Position numbers and translations under genes: made by a program
Source: Hyaloraphidium curvatum SAG 235-1
Taxonomy: Eukaryota; Fungi; Monoblepharomycota
DNA length: 64,000 bases
Direction of reading: 5' to 3'
Assembly: GCA_025558095.1 (NCBI GenBank)
Contig: JAIVFI010000029.1
Coordinates: 248,001 to 312,000 of the forward strand
The notes under the pieces: model-generated
What the model saw: only the letters and a program-made list of their open reading frames with translations
The model's database searches: none
Told to the model about the DNA's origin: nothing
Shown: positions 1-11,531 of the stretch, one piece after another
Numbering within the stretch: position 1 is the first letter of the stretch
Layout of the letters: each line of letters starts with the position of its first letter

Positions 1-345
1 GGCGTCGATTTCGGCGAGGAGGGGGGAGGCGTCGAGGTGGCGGCGGACGATGTTGCGGAGGACTGGCGGTAAACGGGGTGGAGGGCAGGCGGTAGACAGG
101 ACGTTCAAGTCCGCAGTTCCGAGACCACGTTTCGGCGTCGTTCAGAGCACGGAGGACATCAGACGCCCCGTCTATCCTTCATTGGCATTGCGACACGCAC
201 CATTGTCGTCCTCGTACTGGTTGCCAAGCTCCGGAGGGGCTTGCAGGAAGCCGTGGGTCCCCGAGGCAAACTGGCGTGCCTGGGCTGGGGGAGCCTGAAG
301 AGCCGGCGCCGGTGCCGGAGCCGACTCGTGCGCAACTGCCGCCAT
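1..345 (-). CDS. Acyl-CoA dehydrogenase, AidB-like family (5' part only; runs off window start)
   Basis: ATG at 345; intron 200-63 (GTGCGT..CAG). Spliced N-terminus FLQAPPELGNQYEDDNVLRNIVRRHL resembles the F-Q-x-P-P-x-L-x-N-Q-Y-x-x-D start of eukaryotic AidB-like ACADs. Confidence 0.65.
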
Positions 346-518
346 GCTTTCCGGACTGGAGCAAGGAGCCGAGGAAGCGCGGGAGACGAGTGAGCTGCAC
401 GTAAGTCCCCCAAGAGGACGTTTGGCAAGCCGGACTTGGGCCGGACTTCGCAAGTCCGGACGCCACCCAAACATTCGGCTTCGGCACAATCCTCGAATCG
501 GTTCCGCGATCTAACAGA

Positions 519-1511
519 ATGAGCAAGCCCAAAACCGCGTTCATCACGGGTGCCAACGGCTTCATCGGCAACGCCGTGGCCAAAGCCTTCCGCCGCGCCG
601 GGTGGACGACGTATGGCCTCATCCGACGGCAGGAAGATGCAGCGGACCTCGCGATGCACGAGATCTACCCGATCATTGGAAATCCCGGATATCTCTCGTT
701 CTTCGACGCGTTGGACGCGCTCGGAGCTCCTGCGTTCGACGTGGTCGTCTCGAACACCGAGGACTGGAACGACCTTGGGGGACACCTCGCACTAGTGCGG
801 GCCATGCTCCAGGCGCTCCTCAGCCGTGACGTACAGAAAACAAGTGGAATCACGCGTCCCTTGGTCATGTTCACCAGCGGCTGTAAGGACTACGGGGAAA
901 TGGCCGAGGTGGACGGGGATCCTGGCCTTGCTCCACACACGGAAGACAGCCCGACCAACCCTCCCGAGGCCCTCGTCCCGCGGTGCTCGTTCGGACTGTC
1001 GCTCCTGCAACAGCGCAACGAGCTCTACGACACCACAGTCTTGCGTCCGACCATCGTCTACGGCCATTCCTCGAGCCTTTACGGCCTCCTCTTCAAGCTC
1101 GTATCCCAAGCCGACTCAATCTTGATTCTGAGGGCGAATCCAAAGGCCATCATGCACTCTCTTCATGTGGATGATTGCGGCGAAGCCTACGTTGCGCTGG
1201 CGGAGCATTCCGATCGCGCCGCCGTGGCCCAGCAGGCCTTCAATCTCTCGAACGCAACCTACGAGACGGCAAAGCAAGTCGGCGAAGCGCTCGCGCGCAT
1301 CTACGGCTTGAAAGTCGAGTTCAGAGCCCCGGATGCCACTTTCGGACTCGGTGACGTCGAGGGGTTGTTCAATTTCTCGCAATGGGTTGGGTCCGACAAG
1401 GTGCGGGCGCTAACGGGGTGGAAGGAACGGCGCCCGAGTTTCGTGGACGGGATTCGCGAGTACCGGCTTGCTTCGGAGGCGTTTGCAGCGGCCAAGCAGG
1501 GTCGCCGTTAG
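519..1511 (+). CDS. NAD-dependent epimerase/dehydratase (atypical SDR), intronless
   Basis: TGANGFIG Rossmann motif, LRPTIVYG, LHVDDCGEAY; 330 aa. Confidence 0.9.
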   Translation: MSKPKTAFITGANGFIGNAVAKAFRRAGWTTYGLIRRQEDAADLAMHEIYPIIGNPGYLSFFDALDALGAPAFDVVVSNTEDWNDLGGHLALVRAMLQALLSRDVQKTSGITRPLVMFTSGCKDYGEMAEVDGDPGLAPHTEDSPTNPPEALVPRCSFGLSLLQQRNELYDTTVLRPTIVYGHSSSLYGLLFKLVSQADSILILRANPKAIMHSLHVDDCGEAYVALAEHSDRAAVAQQAFNLSNATYETAKQVGEALARIYGLKVEFRAPDATFGLGDVEGLFNFSQWVGSDKVRALTGWKERRPSFVDGIREYRLASEAFAAAKQGRR

Positions 1512-1547
1512 ATTGCTTCGGACGCCTTTGTAGTTTGCACCCTTTGC

Positions 1548-1590
1548 GAGGGGAGAGGGAGAGAGGCAGAAAGAGAGAGAGAGAGAGAAA
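1548..1590 (+). repeat. Imperfect (GA)n microsatellite
   Basis: gagggagagggagagaggcagaaagagagagagagagagaaa. Confidence 0.8.
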
Positions 1591-1740
1591 GGCACTCCAC
1601 AGTTTGGAGGGGTGCTTCACCAGCTTCCGCCGTGCTTGGGAAAGCTAGGGAACCTTCGATGACGCCGCCTGTCAACAAGCGGTCTCGCCCATCGCTTCCC
1701 CCGGAGCCGCATCGCTGCCGCTCCCCGCCCTCCGACCGCG

Positions 1741-2150
1741 ATGCACGCCCTCCGCCGCCTCCCCTCCCTCTCCCGCGCCCTCGCCCGCCCGCTCTCCTCG
1801 ACCGCCGTCGCGCGGGACCGCCCTTCCCCGGCCCCGGTCTCCCCGCCCCCGGACGCGTCCTACGACCCGCGGGAGCGCGCTATCCACGAGAAGCTGGCAA
1901 GGGAGCTGGAGCCCGTCACCCGTCTCGTGGTGCAGGACATCTCCGGTGGGCCCTCTTGCGCCGTCGTCCCCCGCGCGAACGGCTGACGGTCGGGAAAGGC
2001 GGCTGCGGCGCGCAGTACGCGATCGAGGTGGTCTCCCCGCGCTTCGCGGGGCTGACGATGCTCAAGCAGCAGCGGATGGTGAACGAGGTGCTCAAGGAGG
2101 AGATCAAGGGGTGGCACGGGCTGCGGCTGTCGACGAGCGCGCCAAAGTGA
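1741..2150 (+). CDS. BOL3: Mitochondrial BolA-family protein (Bol3/Aim1-like)
   Basis: Arg/Ser-rich presequence; intron 1946-1998 (GT..AAG) restores DISGGCG; C-terminus QQRMVNEVLKEEIKGWHGL. Confidence 0.85.
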
Positions 2151-2243
2151 CGGGCCGCGGCGGTGGAGGGCGCCGATCTCTATTCGAGGGCGGACGGCGG
2201 GACGCGTGGGGCTCCGCCGCAAGGGAGGATCGCCGTTGGCCGG

Positions 2244-3686
2244 CTAGAGGCCCGCCGCGGCGCGTAGCAGCGGGAGCACCGTGGCGTCCCAGTTGGCCTC
2301 CCACCTCCTCGCTGACCCCGGCGCGTACTCCTTCAGGACGTTGCTGCGCAGCCGATCCAACACGGTCGCGTCGCCGGGGAACCCCGAGAACAGTTCCACG
2401 AGGCACACACCCAGCGTCCTGCCCTCCCTCGCAAACACCACCCCGTCTACCCCGTCCCTGACCATCTCCCGCTCCAGGACGGAGTACCCCAGCGCCGCCA
2501 CCGGCACCCCCGCCCCGAACATGTCCACGACCTTCATCGGCAGGTCCAGCCCGCTCGAGCTGGCGTGCAAACAGACGCCGAGGTCCGCGCACCCGAGGAG
2601 GCGGGGGTAATCCGCCGGCGCGAGCCACGCGGTGCGGACGGCGCAGCGGCGCAGGGCGGAGGCGCGGAGGCGGGACTCGTACATGGCCTTCTGGGGGCCG
2701 CGGCCGGTGACGATGACTTCGAGGCGGGGGGCGGTCGGGGGGGCGCGGGCGTCGTAGTGCTCCAGGGCGGCGAGGAGCAGGGAAAAGTCCTCGTCCTCGG
2801 TCCAGGAGGTGGACGAGACGACGAGGGCGGGGCGGGTGGGGGAGCTGGGGTCGATGAACAGGTCAGGGGGCGCATCCGGGTTGAGCGGCGGTGGAAGCGA
2901 GAGAGAGGAGAGGAACGGGGCGATTTCCGAGGCGGGCAGGCGGGAAAAGGTCGACGGCGGGCGGTCGTACACCGTGACGACGGGCGCCCGCACCCGCATT
3001 TCTTGCCTGAGAAAGAGCCCCATGGCCTCGGTCACGGTGAGGTTGGCCCCGTCCGCGGCGTAGCGCCCCACGAGCCGCTCGTACGCCTCGGCGACGCGCA
3101 CCACGGGGCTGCCCGCGCCCATCTGCAGCGCCATCAGCGTGTACCCGAAATTGTGCCAGTCCACGATCAGGGGTGCACCGCGCAGCCGCGACACGGCGGC
3201 GAGCAGCAGCAGCGTGGGGATCGCGGGCGGCGTCTGGCAGAGCACGGCGTCGGGGCAGCCGGCGGCAAAGAGCAGCACGTACGAGAGCTGCAGCAGCTGC
3301 CCGGCCACCCTGGCCAATGCATGTGCCACGTAGCGCAGCTTGGAGGCGCCCGACGAGTCCAGACGCCTCGGCTGCGCGACCAGGAGGGCCCGGAGGGTGC
3401 CCTTCGCCTCGGCCTCAGCCAGATCGTCCAGCAGCGGCGAGCCGGCGTAGCCGACGAGGTCCACGGCGAACCCGTTGGCCAGCAGGCTGCGAGCGTGGTA
3501 CAGCATGCGCGGGCTGCGGCCGACGTCGCCGAGCACGACCACGAGGCAGCGCGGGCGGTGCCCTCTGGCGCGGCGTGCGGCGCGGGCGCGGGAGTTCCAC
3601 GCGCGGAGGGCGACCAGGAGGACGAGCAGGCACGCCGCGACGAGGAGCGCCGCGTTGGCCGCCAGGCGGAGTGCGGCGGGCAGCAT
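2244..3686 (-). CDS. ALG1: Chitobiosyldiphosphodolichol beta-1,4-mannosyltransferase
   Basis: VVVLGDVGRSPRM, DWHNFGY, SSTSWTEDEDF, SSSGLDLPMKVVDMFG; N-terminal TM helix after ATG 3686. Confidence 0.95.
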   Translation of the reverse strand: MLPAALRLAANAALLVAACLLVLLVALRAWNSRARAARRARGHRPRCLVVVLGDVGRSPRMLYHARSLLANGFAVDLVGYAGSPLLDDLAEAEAKGTLRALLVAQPRRLDSSGASKLRYVAHALARVAGQLLQLSYVLLFAAGCPDAVLCQTPPAIPTLLLLAAVSRLRGAPLIVDWHNFGYTLMALQMGAGSPVVRVAEAYERLVGRYAADGANLTVTEAMGLFLRQEMRVRAPVVTVYDRPPSTFSRLPASEIAPFLSSLSLPPPLNPDAPPDLFIDPSSPTRPALVVSSTSWTEDEDFSLLLAALEHYDARAPPTAPRLEVIVTGRGPQKAMYESRLRASALRRCAVRTAWLAPADYPRLLGCADLGVCLHASSSGLDLPMKVVDMFGAGVPVAALGYSVLEREMVRDGVDGVVFAREGRTLGVCLVELFSGFPGDATVLDRLRSNVLKEYAPGSARRWEANWDATVLPLLRAAAGL

Positions 3687-3908
3687 TGGGGCGGGCGTGA
3701 TCGGTGGCCGTCTGCCGCGCGTCTGCCGAGCAGCACCTTCCCGCCGCCCCGCCCTCCGCATCGGCCATCCGGGCCCGGCCGCCCGCCGCCGCTTCTGCTG
3801 CTGTCTGCCGCTGACCCGCGGGGAGCAGGTGGGCGGACTGCACTCTCCGCCCGTCTGCCGCCTGACACCCTCCCCGCACCCCCCGCTGCGCGGCCCCCAC
3901 AACCAGCG

Positions 3909-4118
3909 ATGCCGCTCCTCCCGCCGCCGTTCCTGCGCGTGGCCACGCCGCCAAACTACAAAAACCACTGGGCGCGCCTCGACGCCTGGCGCTACCACCC
4001 CTACTGGCACCCGACTCGCGTGGCAATGAACGCCGCGCCGGGCTTCGGCATCGCGCTGGTCATCTTCGGCGGGTACCTGGCATACGAGCGCATGAACCCG
4101 GACCAGGGGCACCACTGA
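3909..4118 (+). CDS. NDUFB3: Complex I accessory subunit B12 (NDUFB3/NB2M)
   Basis: 69 aa; WARLDAWRYHP, PGFGIALVIFGGYLAYE TM segment and HH end. Hidden at the end of a long spurious ORF in the track. Confidence 0.85.
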   Translation: MPLLPPPFLRVATPPNYKNHWARLDAWRYHPYWHPTRVAMNAAPGFGIALVIFGGYLAYERMNPDQGHH

Positions 4119-4211
4119 TCGGACTTTGGGGGGGGATTCGGGGGGGATGGCCGGGATGCTGCGGGGACGCCCGCGGGGGTGGATCGTGCGTGGATGGCCG
4201 TCGTGGCTGCT

Positions 4212-5844
4212 CTACAATGCTCGTGCTCGTGCTCCGGCCGGTTTGCCGCGTGCCGCCTCCCTGTCTGCTCCTCCCATGCCGCCCCTATCCCGCGATCCGG
4301 CCCAGCCACCCGCGCAGGCCCTTGCCCCTTGTTGCCTCGCCCAGCGTCGCGTCCGACCCCTCCGTCTCGAGCGGCCTCTTGCCCTCCTTTGTGCCCGTCG
4401 CCCGGTCCCCGTCCCGCTCGCTGGGCGGGAGCAGTCCGACAAAGGGGTGCGCGGCGACCTGCTCGATCCGCGGGCGCCGCGAGGGGTCGCGGTCCAGCAT
4501 GCGCGAGAGGAGGTCCTTGATTTCTGGAACCGCGGTGCGTCAGTCGACTGCCGATCGGGAGCATCGGTCCACCCACCGCCGTCGTCGGGCATGGAGTCGG
4601 CCGGGAGCACGACCCTCGTGGCCGCACCCGCCTGCGCAAACTCGGGCTCGCGGTCGGGTCCGTACCGAAGCATGTACAGGATCACACCCAGCGCCCTTTC
4701 GCACGGACCGACGTCAGCCCGCCCGCCTTGCGCCTCCCCTGCACACGGCGACCCACCAGATGTCGTTCAGCTCCCCGTCAAAGTCGCCCCCCAGCGCCTC
4801 GGGCGCACCAAACATCGGCGCCCCCGCGAACCTCCGCACCCGCCCCTCCCCGGTCCCCCTCGCCGCCGAGAAATCCGCCACCTTGACCCCGTACCGCTCG
4901 TCCACGAGCAGGTTCTGCGGCTTGAGGTCGCCGTGCGCCACGCCCTTTTCGCGGTGCAGGAAGAGCACCGCCTCGGCGGCGCCGCGGAACAGAGTGCGCA
5001 GGGCTGTGGGGGGCAGGGATTCGTGCGAGCGGAGGCAGCCGTGCATGTCCATGAGGTTGATGCGCTTGTGCGTAGGCGACGGGGGCCGGAAGGAGAGCGA
5101 GGGTATGCTGCGGAGGAGCGGGTTGTCGGCCGTCCTGCACATGCGGGGCGAGAAGGGAGTGGGGAACGGCAGAAGCAGTGGGCAAGGAGCAGTGGGAAGG
5201 GCGGATGAGCGAAGGAGCAGAAGCCTGACGGCGTCCAACCCACCAAGGAGTCCCGCCGAGCTCCATGACGAGCATGCTCACGCAGTCGTCCCCAAAGTGG
5301 TCCAACAGCTCGACCACGCGCGGGCCCTGGCAGTGCCGCAGCATGGCGAGCTCCTGCGCGGCGCCGTACATGGCCAGGGTGACCTTGACCGCGACCTGTC
5401 ACGGCCGGCGCTCAGCCGAACAGCGGATGCACCCCACCCGCGGACGCTCACCGGCCGGCCGGAAGCCAGAGCATGCGACCTGAACAGCCTCCCGTTGCTC
5501 CCGCTCCCCACCACCCCGCCCTCCGGCCTCGCGTACTTGTCCGCGAACCCCTGCGGCAGCGGGTACCCTCCCCTCCCAACCTCTCCCACGATGTCGTCCA
5601 CCAACTGCTCGTACCGCGCATCGACCCTCCCTACGCGGCGCCACTCGGCCTGCAGCTCCGCGAAGCGGCGGGAAAAGTGCACCCTGCGGTCCTCCTTGGC
5701 GGGCGACGGCGGGGGGGCGGCGGGGCGCACGCGGGGGTTGCGGAGGGAGGGCGGCGAGCACGGGGGGACGGGCGTGGGAGGGTGCGGAGGCAGGCCGGCG
5801 GCGTGCGGGCCGTGCGGGGCCTCGCGGGCGAACGGGAGGCGCAT
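4212..5844 (-). CDS. Divergent Ser/Thr protein kinase (multi-exon; start uncertain)
   Basis: GSGSNG loop, VAVK after a GTGAGC intron, HGDLKPQN, ADFS, GAPE, DIW. Confidence 0.8.
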
Positions 5845-6213
5845 GGAGCGGGATGCCGGGGTGGACGGGGGTGCGACGGGGGGCGGGCGGGCGGGCGCTG
5901 GTGCGAATCCCGCTTGCGCGATGCAGCCGAATGCAATGCGCCGCGTGCGTCCGCGCGCCGGCAGGGGTCGCGGCGGTCGGCTGTGTGGCCGCGCGGGTTG
6001 GCCGCGACGGTGCGCTTCACTCCGCGGCCGTTCGGGCGACCGCCGCTCCGCGCCCCGCCATCGCCGCAGCACACCGCCCAAACACTGCTGCGGGGGAGGC
6101 GCGGCTGGAGAGACCGCGCGCCGCGCGATTCGCGGGGATTGCTTTGGCACAAGAGTTGTGTTGTTGACTTGATACGGAAAATCGGTCGAACCTTGAACAC
6201 GCGATCACGGAAA

Positions 6214-6678
6214 ATGAAGCCGGATCCGTACAAGCGCCAGGCGTCGCGCCGCTACCAAGCCAAGGTTCGCGGAAGAGGCGGCAGCGCGGCTCCCGCCCGG
6301 GGAGGCGCCGGGCGCGGCCGCGGTCGCGGGCGCGGGGGAGGCGCCCGGGCCAACCTCGGCAGCAACGCGTTCCGCTTCGAGGACGAGAACGAGGGCGGCG
6401 AGCAGCAGCCCGACGAGGGGCTGGGCGAGAAGGAGCTGCTCAGGCTGGTGGAGGACGTGCTGGACGCGAACCGCGCCGGGGACGCGTTCTTTCGGCTCAA
6501 GGACGAGCTGGACTGGGGCAACCCCGGCGGCGGCGGGGACGCGGGACCGTCGGAGCTGGATTTTGTGGACATCGACTACGCGCTGGTGTGCGAGATGATC
6601 AACAGGCTGCCGCTGGAGGAGCGGTACGCGGGGATGGGCGAGACCAAGGGCGAGGCGGCGCGCGCACCCGCGATCTGA
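6214..6678 (+). CDS. Hypothetical RGG-rich protein
   Basis: ATG in AAAATG context; MKPDPYKRQASRRY, RG/RGG tract, LGSNAFRF; GC3-rich codons. Confidence 0.65.
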   Translation: MKPDPYKRQASRRYQAKVRGRGGSAAPARGGAGRGRGRGRGGGARANLGSNAFRFEDENEGGEQQPDEGLGEKELLRLVEDVLDANRAGDAFFRLKDELDWGNPGGGGDAGPSELDFVDIDYALVCEMINRLPLEERYAGMGETKGEAARAPAI

Positions 6679-6731
6679 TGGCTTGACCTGCTGGTCGCGC
6701 GTCTATGTTCTCGGGCAGAACCACAACGGGC

Positions 6732-9700
6732 TCACTTGAACACCAGGCGATCCATCGCCTCGCGGATAGCCTCCAACCCGCCCTCGTCGGCCCCGTCGCC
6801 CTCGAGCGCAGCCACGATCCTCCGCCGGTACTCGTGGAAGTTCCTCACGCACCCCGCCATCTCCCCGAGCGGATACGCCGGGCCCGCCTTTTTCTTGTGC
6901 GCATTCTGCGCCACCGCGGCCTGATCGGCTTCGCCCGGCTGCAGCCGCACCCCCCTCTTCCGTGCCGAATCGAACGCCGCCTCCATCACCGCCACCGCGC
7001 ACTCGAGCCATGGCGTGACGGACCAATCGTCGTCCGGCGTGCCATCGGCGGGCATCCCGCGCAGCGAAAACAGCGCCGGCATCGCATCCGGGCCCAGCGC
7101 CACCATCGTGTCGACCAGCATGGGCAGCGTCGCCGTGGTGTTTTGCGGCAGCGGCCAGCCCAGCACGCCCTGCGCCGTGCGAGCGGCCGACTCGCGTACC
7201 GCCTCCGAGGGGTCGAACAGGAGCCACGCGGTGCAGGTCAGGAGCAGCCCCTGGCCGGGCAGATCGCCCGCTATCGCGGGCTCGCGCAGCGCGGCCGCGA
7301 CGGCGGCACGGGCGTCGTCCTCCTCCGAGTGGACCAGGTCCCACATCAGCTCCGCGAACCTCGCCCGCTCCGCAGGCGTCTGAGCCGGCCAGGTCGACGC
7401 CAGCAACACCGCGAGCGGCACCAGGAGCTGGTCCGTGTCGCGCGGATCGGCGCCCAGCCAGCGGTACAGCACCGCCGGCGGGGGCAGCACGTCCGCGGCG
7501 CTTTCCCGCGCGCCGGCGAGGAAGTCAAGCACGACGGCGGCAAAATGCTTGGGCAGGTCGCCGGCCAGCAGCCCGCCGCACGAGCGGGCGAGGTTCCTCC
7601 GTGCCCCTGCGGATCGGGGGCCGGCGGCTTCGAGGATCGCCCTGCATGCCTCCCAGTCGGATTTTGCGGTCGTCTCGTCAAAAACGTGCGGGGTGTCGGC
7701 GTCGCTGGCCCCGCGGACGAGCGCGATCTTGACCTGGTCGGCGCCCGGCATCGGGCCGGGCTTGGAAAGCACGGCGAGGGCGGCGGAGGAGACACGGTCG
7801 TCGGGACCGAAGCGGCGCGAGAGGCGGAGGAAGAGCGCGAGGTTCCACGGCGCCAACTGCGAGGGGTCGACCCCGGAGCACGCATCTCGGACTGCGTCTG
7901 TTCCACGCGTAATGTCAGTTCGATCCCCCGCATCCGATCCCCTTTTGCACCCACCGTCATGTCCGGGATCCATCTCCGAAAGCAGGTACTCGAATGCGTA
8001 CAGGGCACCGTGCTTGGAGTCCTCCCTTCCCTGCAGCAGCGAAGCCAGCGAGCGCACCCGATCCGCCCGCAGCGACTCGGGCGTCGTCGCCCACAGGGCT
8101 TTCGCCGCCATCTCGCGCACCTTGGCCGCCCTGCTCCCCGCCAGGACGGCCTGGACCAGGTCCGCCAGCTCCGTGAACGGCGCGGCGCGGTCGGGGTCCC
8201 CGCTCAGCGAAGCTTCCACCGCCGGGGGCTTGAGCCGCGAGAGCAGGACCAGCGCAGCAAACAGGTCCGACCCCGAAAGATCGCCGCTCTCCGCTGCGCG
8301 TGAGAGTATGCCGCGGATCGAAGCGAGCAGCTTCGGGTTCTGCTCGAAGAACGCGTCCGCCGCACGGATGCCGTACCGGTGCAGGCCCATGTCCGTGAAG
8401 GCGCGCGGGATCAGGGCGTGAGCAAAGAGGAACGTGGCGACGCGGGCGAGGACGGTCACGTCCGAGGACATGGCCTCCAGGGCGAGGATGAAGGCGCCTT
8501 CGAGGGGGAAGAGGGGGCCGATGATGGTGTCCTTGAAGATCCAGATCAGGACATTGAGGGCGTTCACCTGTTTGGCCATTGCGTGAATATCATGTAGGGA
8601 GCACGAGCAGGACCTCCCACCTTAACGGACTGCGCTTCCAGATCATCGTCCGTCGCCATCTTCCAGATCGCGTCCCTGCAAAAGTCCGCGACCTGCTTGC
8701 TCTTCTCTGTTCCCTTCATGATTCCCAGCAGGATCCGCGAGATGCCGGCGTACCGGTGATCGAGCCGCTCCACCCCACGCGAACGGAGCATGTCGATCGC
8801 GCGCTCCGCCGAGGCAAAGATCTTGGGGTGGTACGCCACGGAAGCCCGCCATGCCAGGCCGCAAATCGACGTGAACGCGAGCTCGAGGCTCGCGGCGGCG
8901 CCCCAGTGGCGGATCGTCAGCATGCCGTCCATGAGGAGGTCCATGAGCTCCAGGACCTCGGGCCTGGGTCCGGCATCCGTGCCGCAGCTGAGCCAGTTCT
9001 CGACGCAGAAGGTGGCCAGGGCCGCTGCGGCCTTGACGCTGCGCCACCAGATGTTGGTCGAGATGAGCCGCGTGTTCTTGAGCGCGCTCTGAAACGAGAA
9101 GCCGTTCTGCGCGTTGCCGTTCGGCTCCGCGTCACCGTCCGTCGCTGGCGCCTCGCCGTCCTCGTCCGCATCACTGTCGTCGCCGTCCTCGTCCTCGTCA
9201 AAATCGCCCTCCCCGACTACGTAAGAGGTCGACCCAAAAAAGGACATTGCCGTCCGAAGCGTCCCAAGCACAGGCTGCATCAACCGCTCAAGGACCCACG
9301 TCGGCGTGTCCAAGCCCAGGCGCCCGTCAATGATGACCGCCTCGCCTCGTCGGCGCTTCTTCCCGAAAGGAGAGCGCGGGTGCAGAAGAATGAGCTGCAT
9401 GGAATAGAGCAGCCCGTGCAGCTTCGGGTTTATGGATTCGAGCGGCGCGTTCTTCTCGGTCGTGCCCTTTGCTTCGTCGGCCACGTCGGCGACGAAAGCA
9501 AAGAGGGCCTCGCGGGCCTGTTCGGTCTGGGCCTTGCCAACCGGACCATCCTGCTCTTTGCCGGCGATATAGAATGCGATCGTCCGGAACAGCATCGCTC
9601 CTCGCAGCCTCTCGAGGCTCCTGCGATGCGACATGAGGGAGCGCGCGTATGCCGTCCACGCTTCCAGATTCAATCTTGGTCGCACGGCATTGAAGACAGA

Positions 9701-11467
9701 GTCCCGGCATTCGCCCGAGGCAAACCCGACGAGAAGGTCGCAGGCCATGGTCCTGTTGATTTCCAAAAGATCGCGCGCCACGACGTTCAAAAGCATGTCG
9801 ACCAGACGGTGCTCCGCAGGGTCGAAACCGATAATGCCGAGAAGCTTCAGCGCCACCGTATGCCGCCTCGGGTCCGCGGTCGGCCGCGACAGGATCCGAA
9901 CGGCAATAGAGCGCAGCGCGGTAGCGTTTTGCGCCGTCAGCTTCGACGAGGCGTTGGACCACCGCTCCACGAACTTCCAGAACGCATCGCTGTCCAAAAC
10001 AGCGACATCATGCACGTTGCTCTCCACAAAGCCGGCCAGCCCGGTGACAAAGGTGCGGATGTGCTGCACTTGGACCGACATGGCATGCAATCGCATCGCC
10101 CGGCTCGGGTGCAAGCACGCTGCCCGTACCATGGCTGCGGGATCCACGTCCCCGAGGAGCTGCGCCATGGTGTCCCAGTCCTTTTCGAACAGCCGCTTCA
10201 TCGCCAGCATGGCGCAAAGGGTGCCGGCTTGGGAGCCCTCGCCGTGTCCGCTTAGCTCGAAGAAGGTGAGAATGATTGCGGCGACGGCATGCGGTCCCAA
10301 GGAGGCCGCATGTCGGATGATTCGCTCGTCGAGCATGGTCAGCATGTGCTCGAAACGGCCGTCCGATTCGTCGGCAGGGAATGCGGCCACGACGCTCCTC
10401 ATCCACCGCGCAGCCCATCGCCGTGCAGCTTCCAAAGTGGGTTTCCCGTCCCCGAACGACATCTCTTGCTCCCAAAGGTGCAGCAAAAGTGCTTCCGCAG
10501 TGTCCGAGACCCTACCGCTGGCGCTATTGTGGGAAGCCGACGACTCGACGAGGTATTTAAGCAGGTCGTCGAAAGCCACCTGATCGTTGGCGTCGGGGGG
10601 GATCTGCAGGTTCGATTTGCGGGCTGCGGCCACCAGGCCGGGAACGCCGATGAATCTAAGCGCATGTCCCCACAAGCCGACGCGCGTGAAATCCCAGTCT
10701 ACGGTCCTCGTGACATGTTCCACCAGCAGCTCCCTGGTCCCGGTTTGGTCGACCTTCGACATGTTGAGCAGCAGAAGCTCCGTGCAGGTCTTTATCAGCG
10801 ACCGGTTGGAGCCCGTGCCGTCGTGTTCGCTCGGCATCCAGAGGATCGAGTCCAGGAGACGGCCCAGGTCCTGCGCTTTCGTGTCCGATTCGAGCCGGTG
10901 CTTCTCCAGAAAGACGGCCAGATTGTCGAGCGCCACAATCCGGAACATGGGGTGCTCCAGCCTGTCCACAATGTCCCTGGAGATGTGGGCAAACATGACC
11001 TGCGAATGGTCGGCGCCTTCCGCGTCGCGGTTGCACCAGGTGCCCAATTCAGCCAAGGCAGCCCGAATGAGGCAAAGACGGGCCAAAGCAGGCCACGACT
11101 CATCGTCCAAGAGGGCCAAAATCCGCGAATGGCCGCCGTCGTTTCTACCGTCCGGCCCGGGATCATCTGCGGCAACGGGCGTCCTCGACTCGAGGGCAAT
11201 GGCTCTGGCCAGCAAGGAGCAGACCAGCTTCACGCTTTCTCCCCACTCAGAATTGATTGCCGGCGACCTCAGAAATCCTTCCAGGGCCTCCCGCACCTCC
11301 CCAAGCTTCGGATTAGGGGTGGCCGCCTCCCCGGCCAGGTCCGTCCGCATTGCCGCATGGAGGCGCCGCAGCGGCTCCAGCCGCATGTGCTGCTTGTTCC
11401 CAGCTCGCCCATCGTAGGATCTGAGAAAGGCTAGCACGGCTTCGTAGGGATCCGCTTCGCCTGGCAT
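6732..11467 (-). CDS. THADA/Trm732-like armadillo-repeat protein (DUF2428)
   Basis: ~1560 aa helical protein with WRSVK, TIRHWGA, RYAGI and, after intron 8620-8568, VNALNVLIWIFKD, resembling the DUF2428 region. Confidence 0.8.
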
Positions 11468-11531
11468 TATTGTTTGTTCTCTGTTTACCGCCCGGTTGCC
11501 AATCAGATTCGAGCAAACGGAACTCGCCAAG

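Noticed and set aside
2565-10255. Many long antisense or alternate-frame ORFs (e.g. 4190-6172, 6705-8303, 8579-10255)
   Set aside because: Expected shadows of GC-rich codon usage; Arg/Gly/Pro-rich with no motifs, and overlapping real genes.
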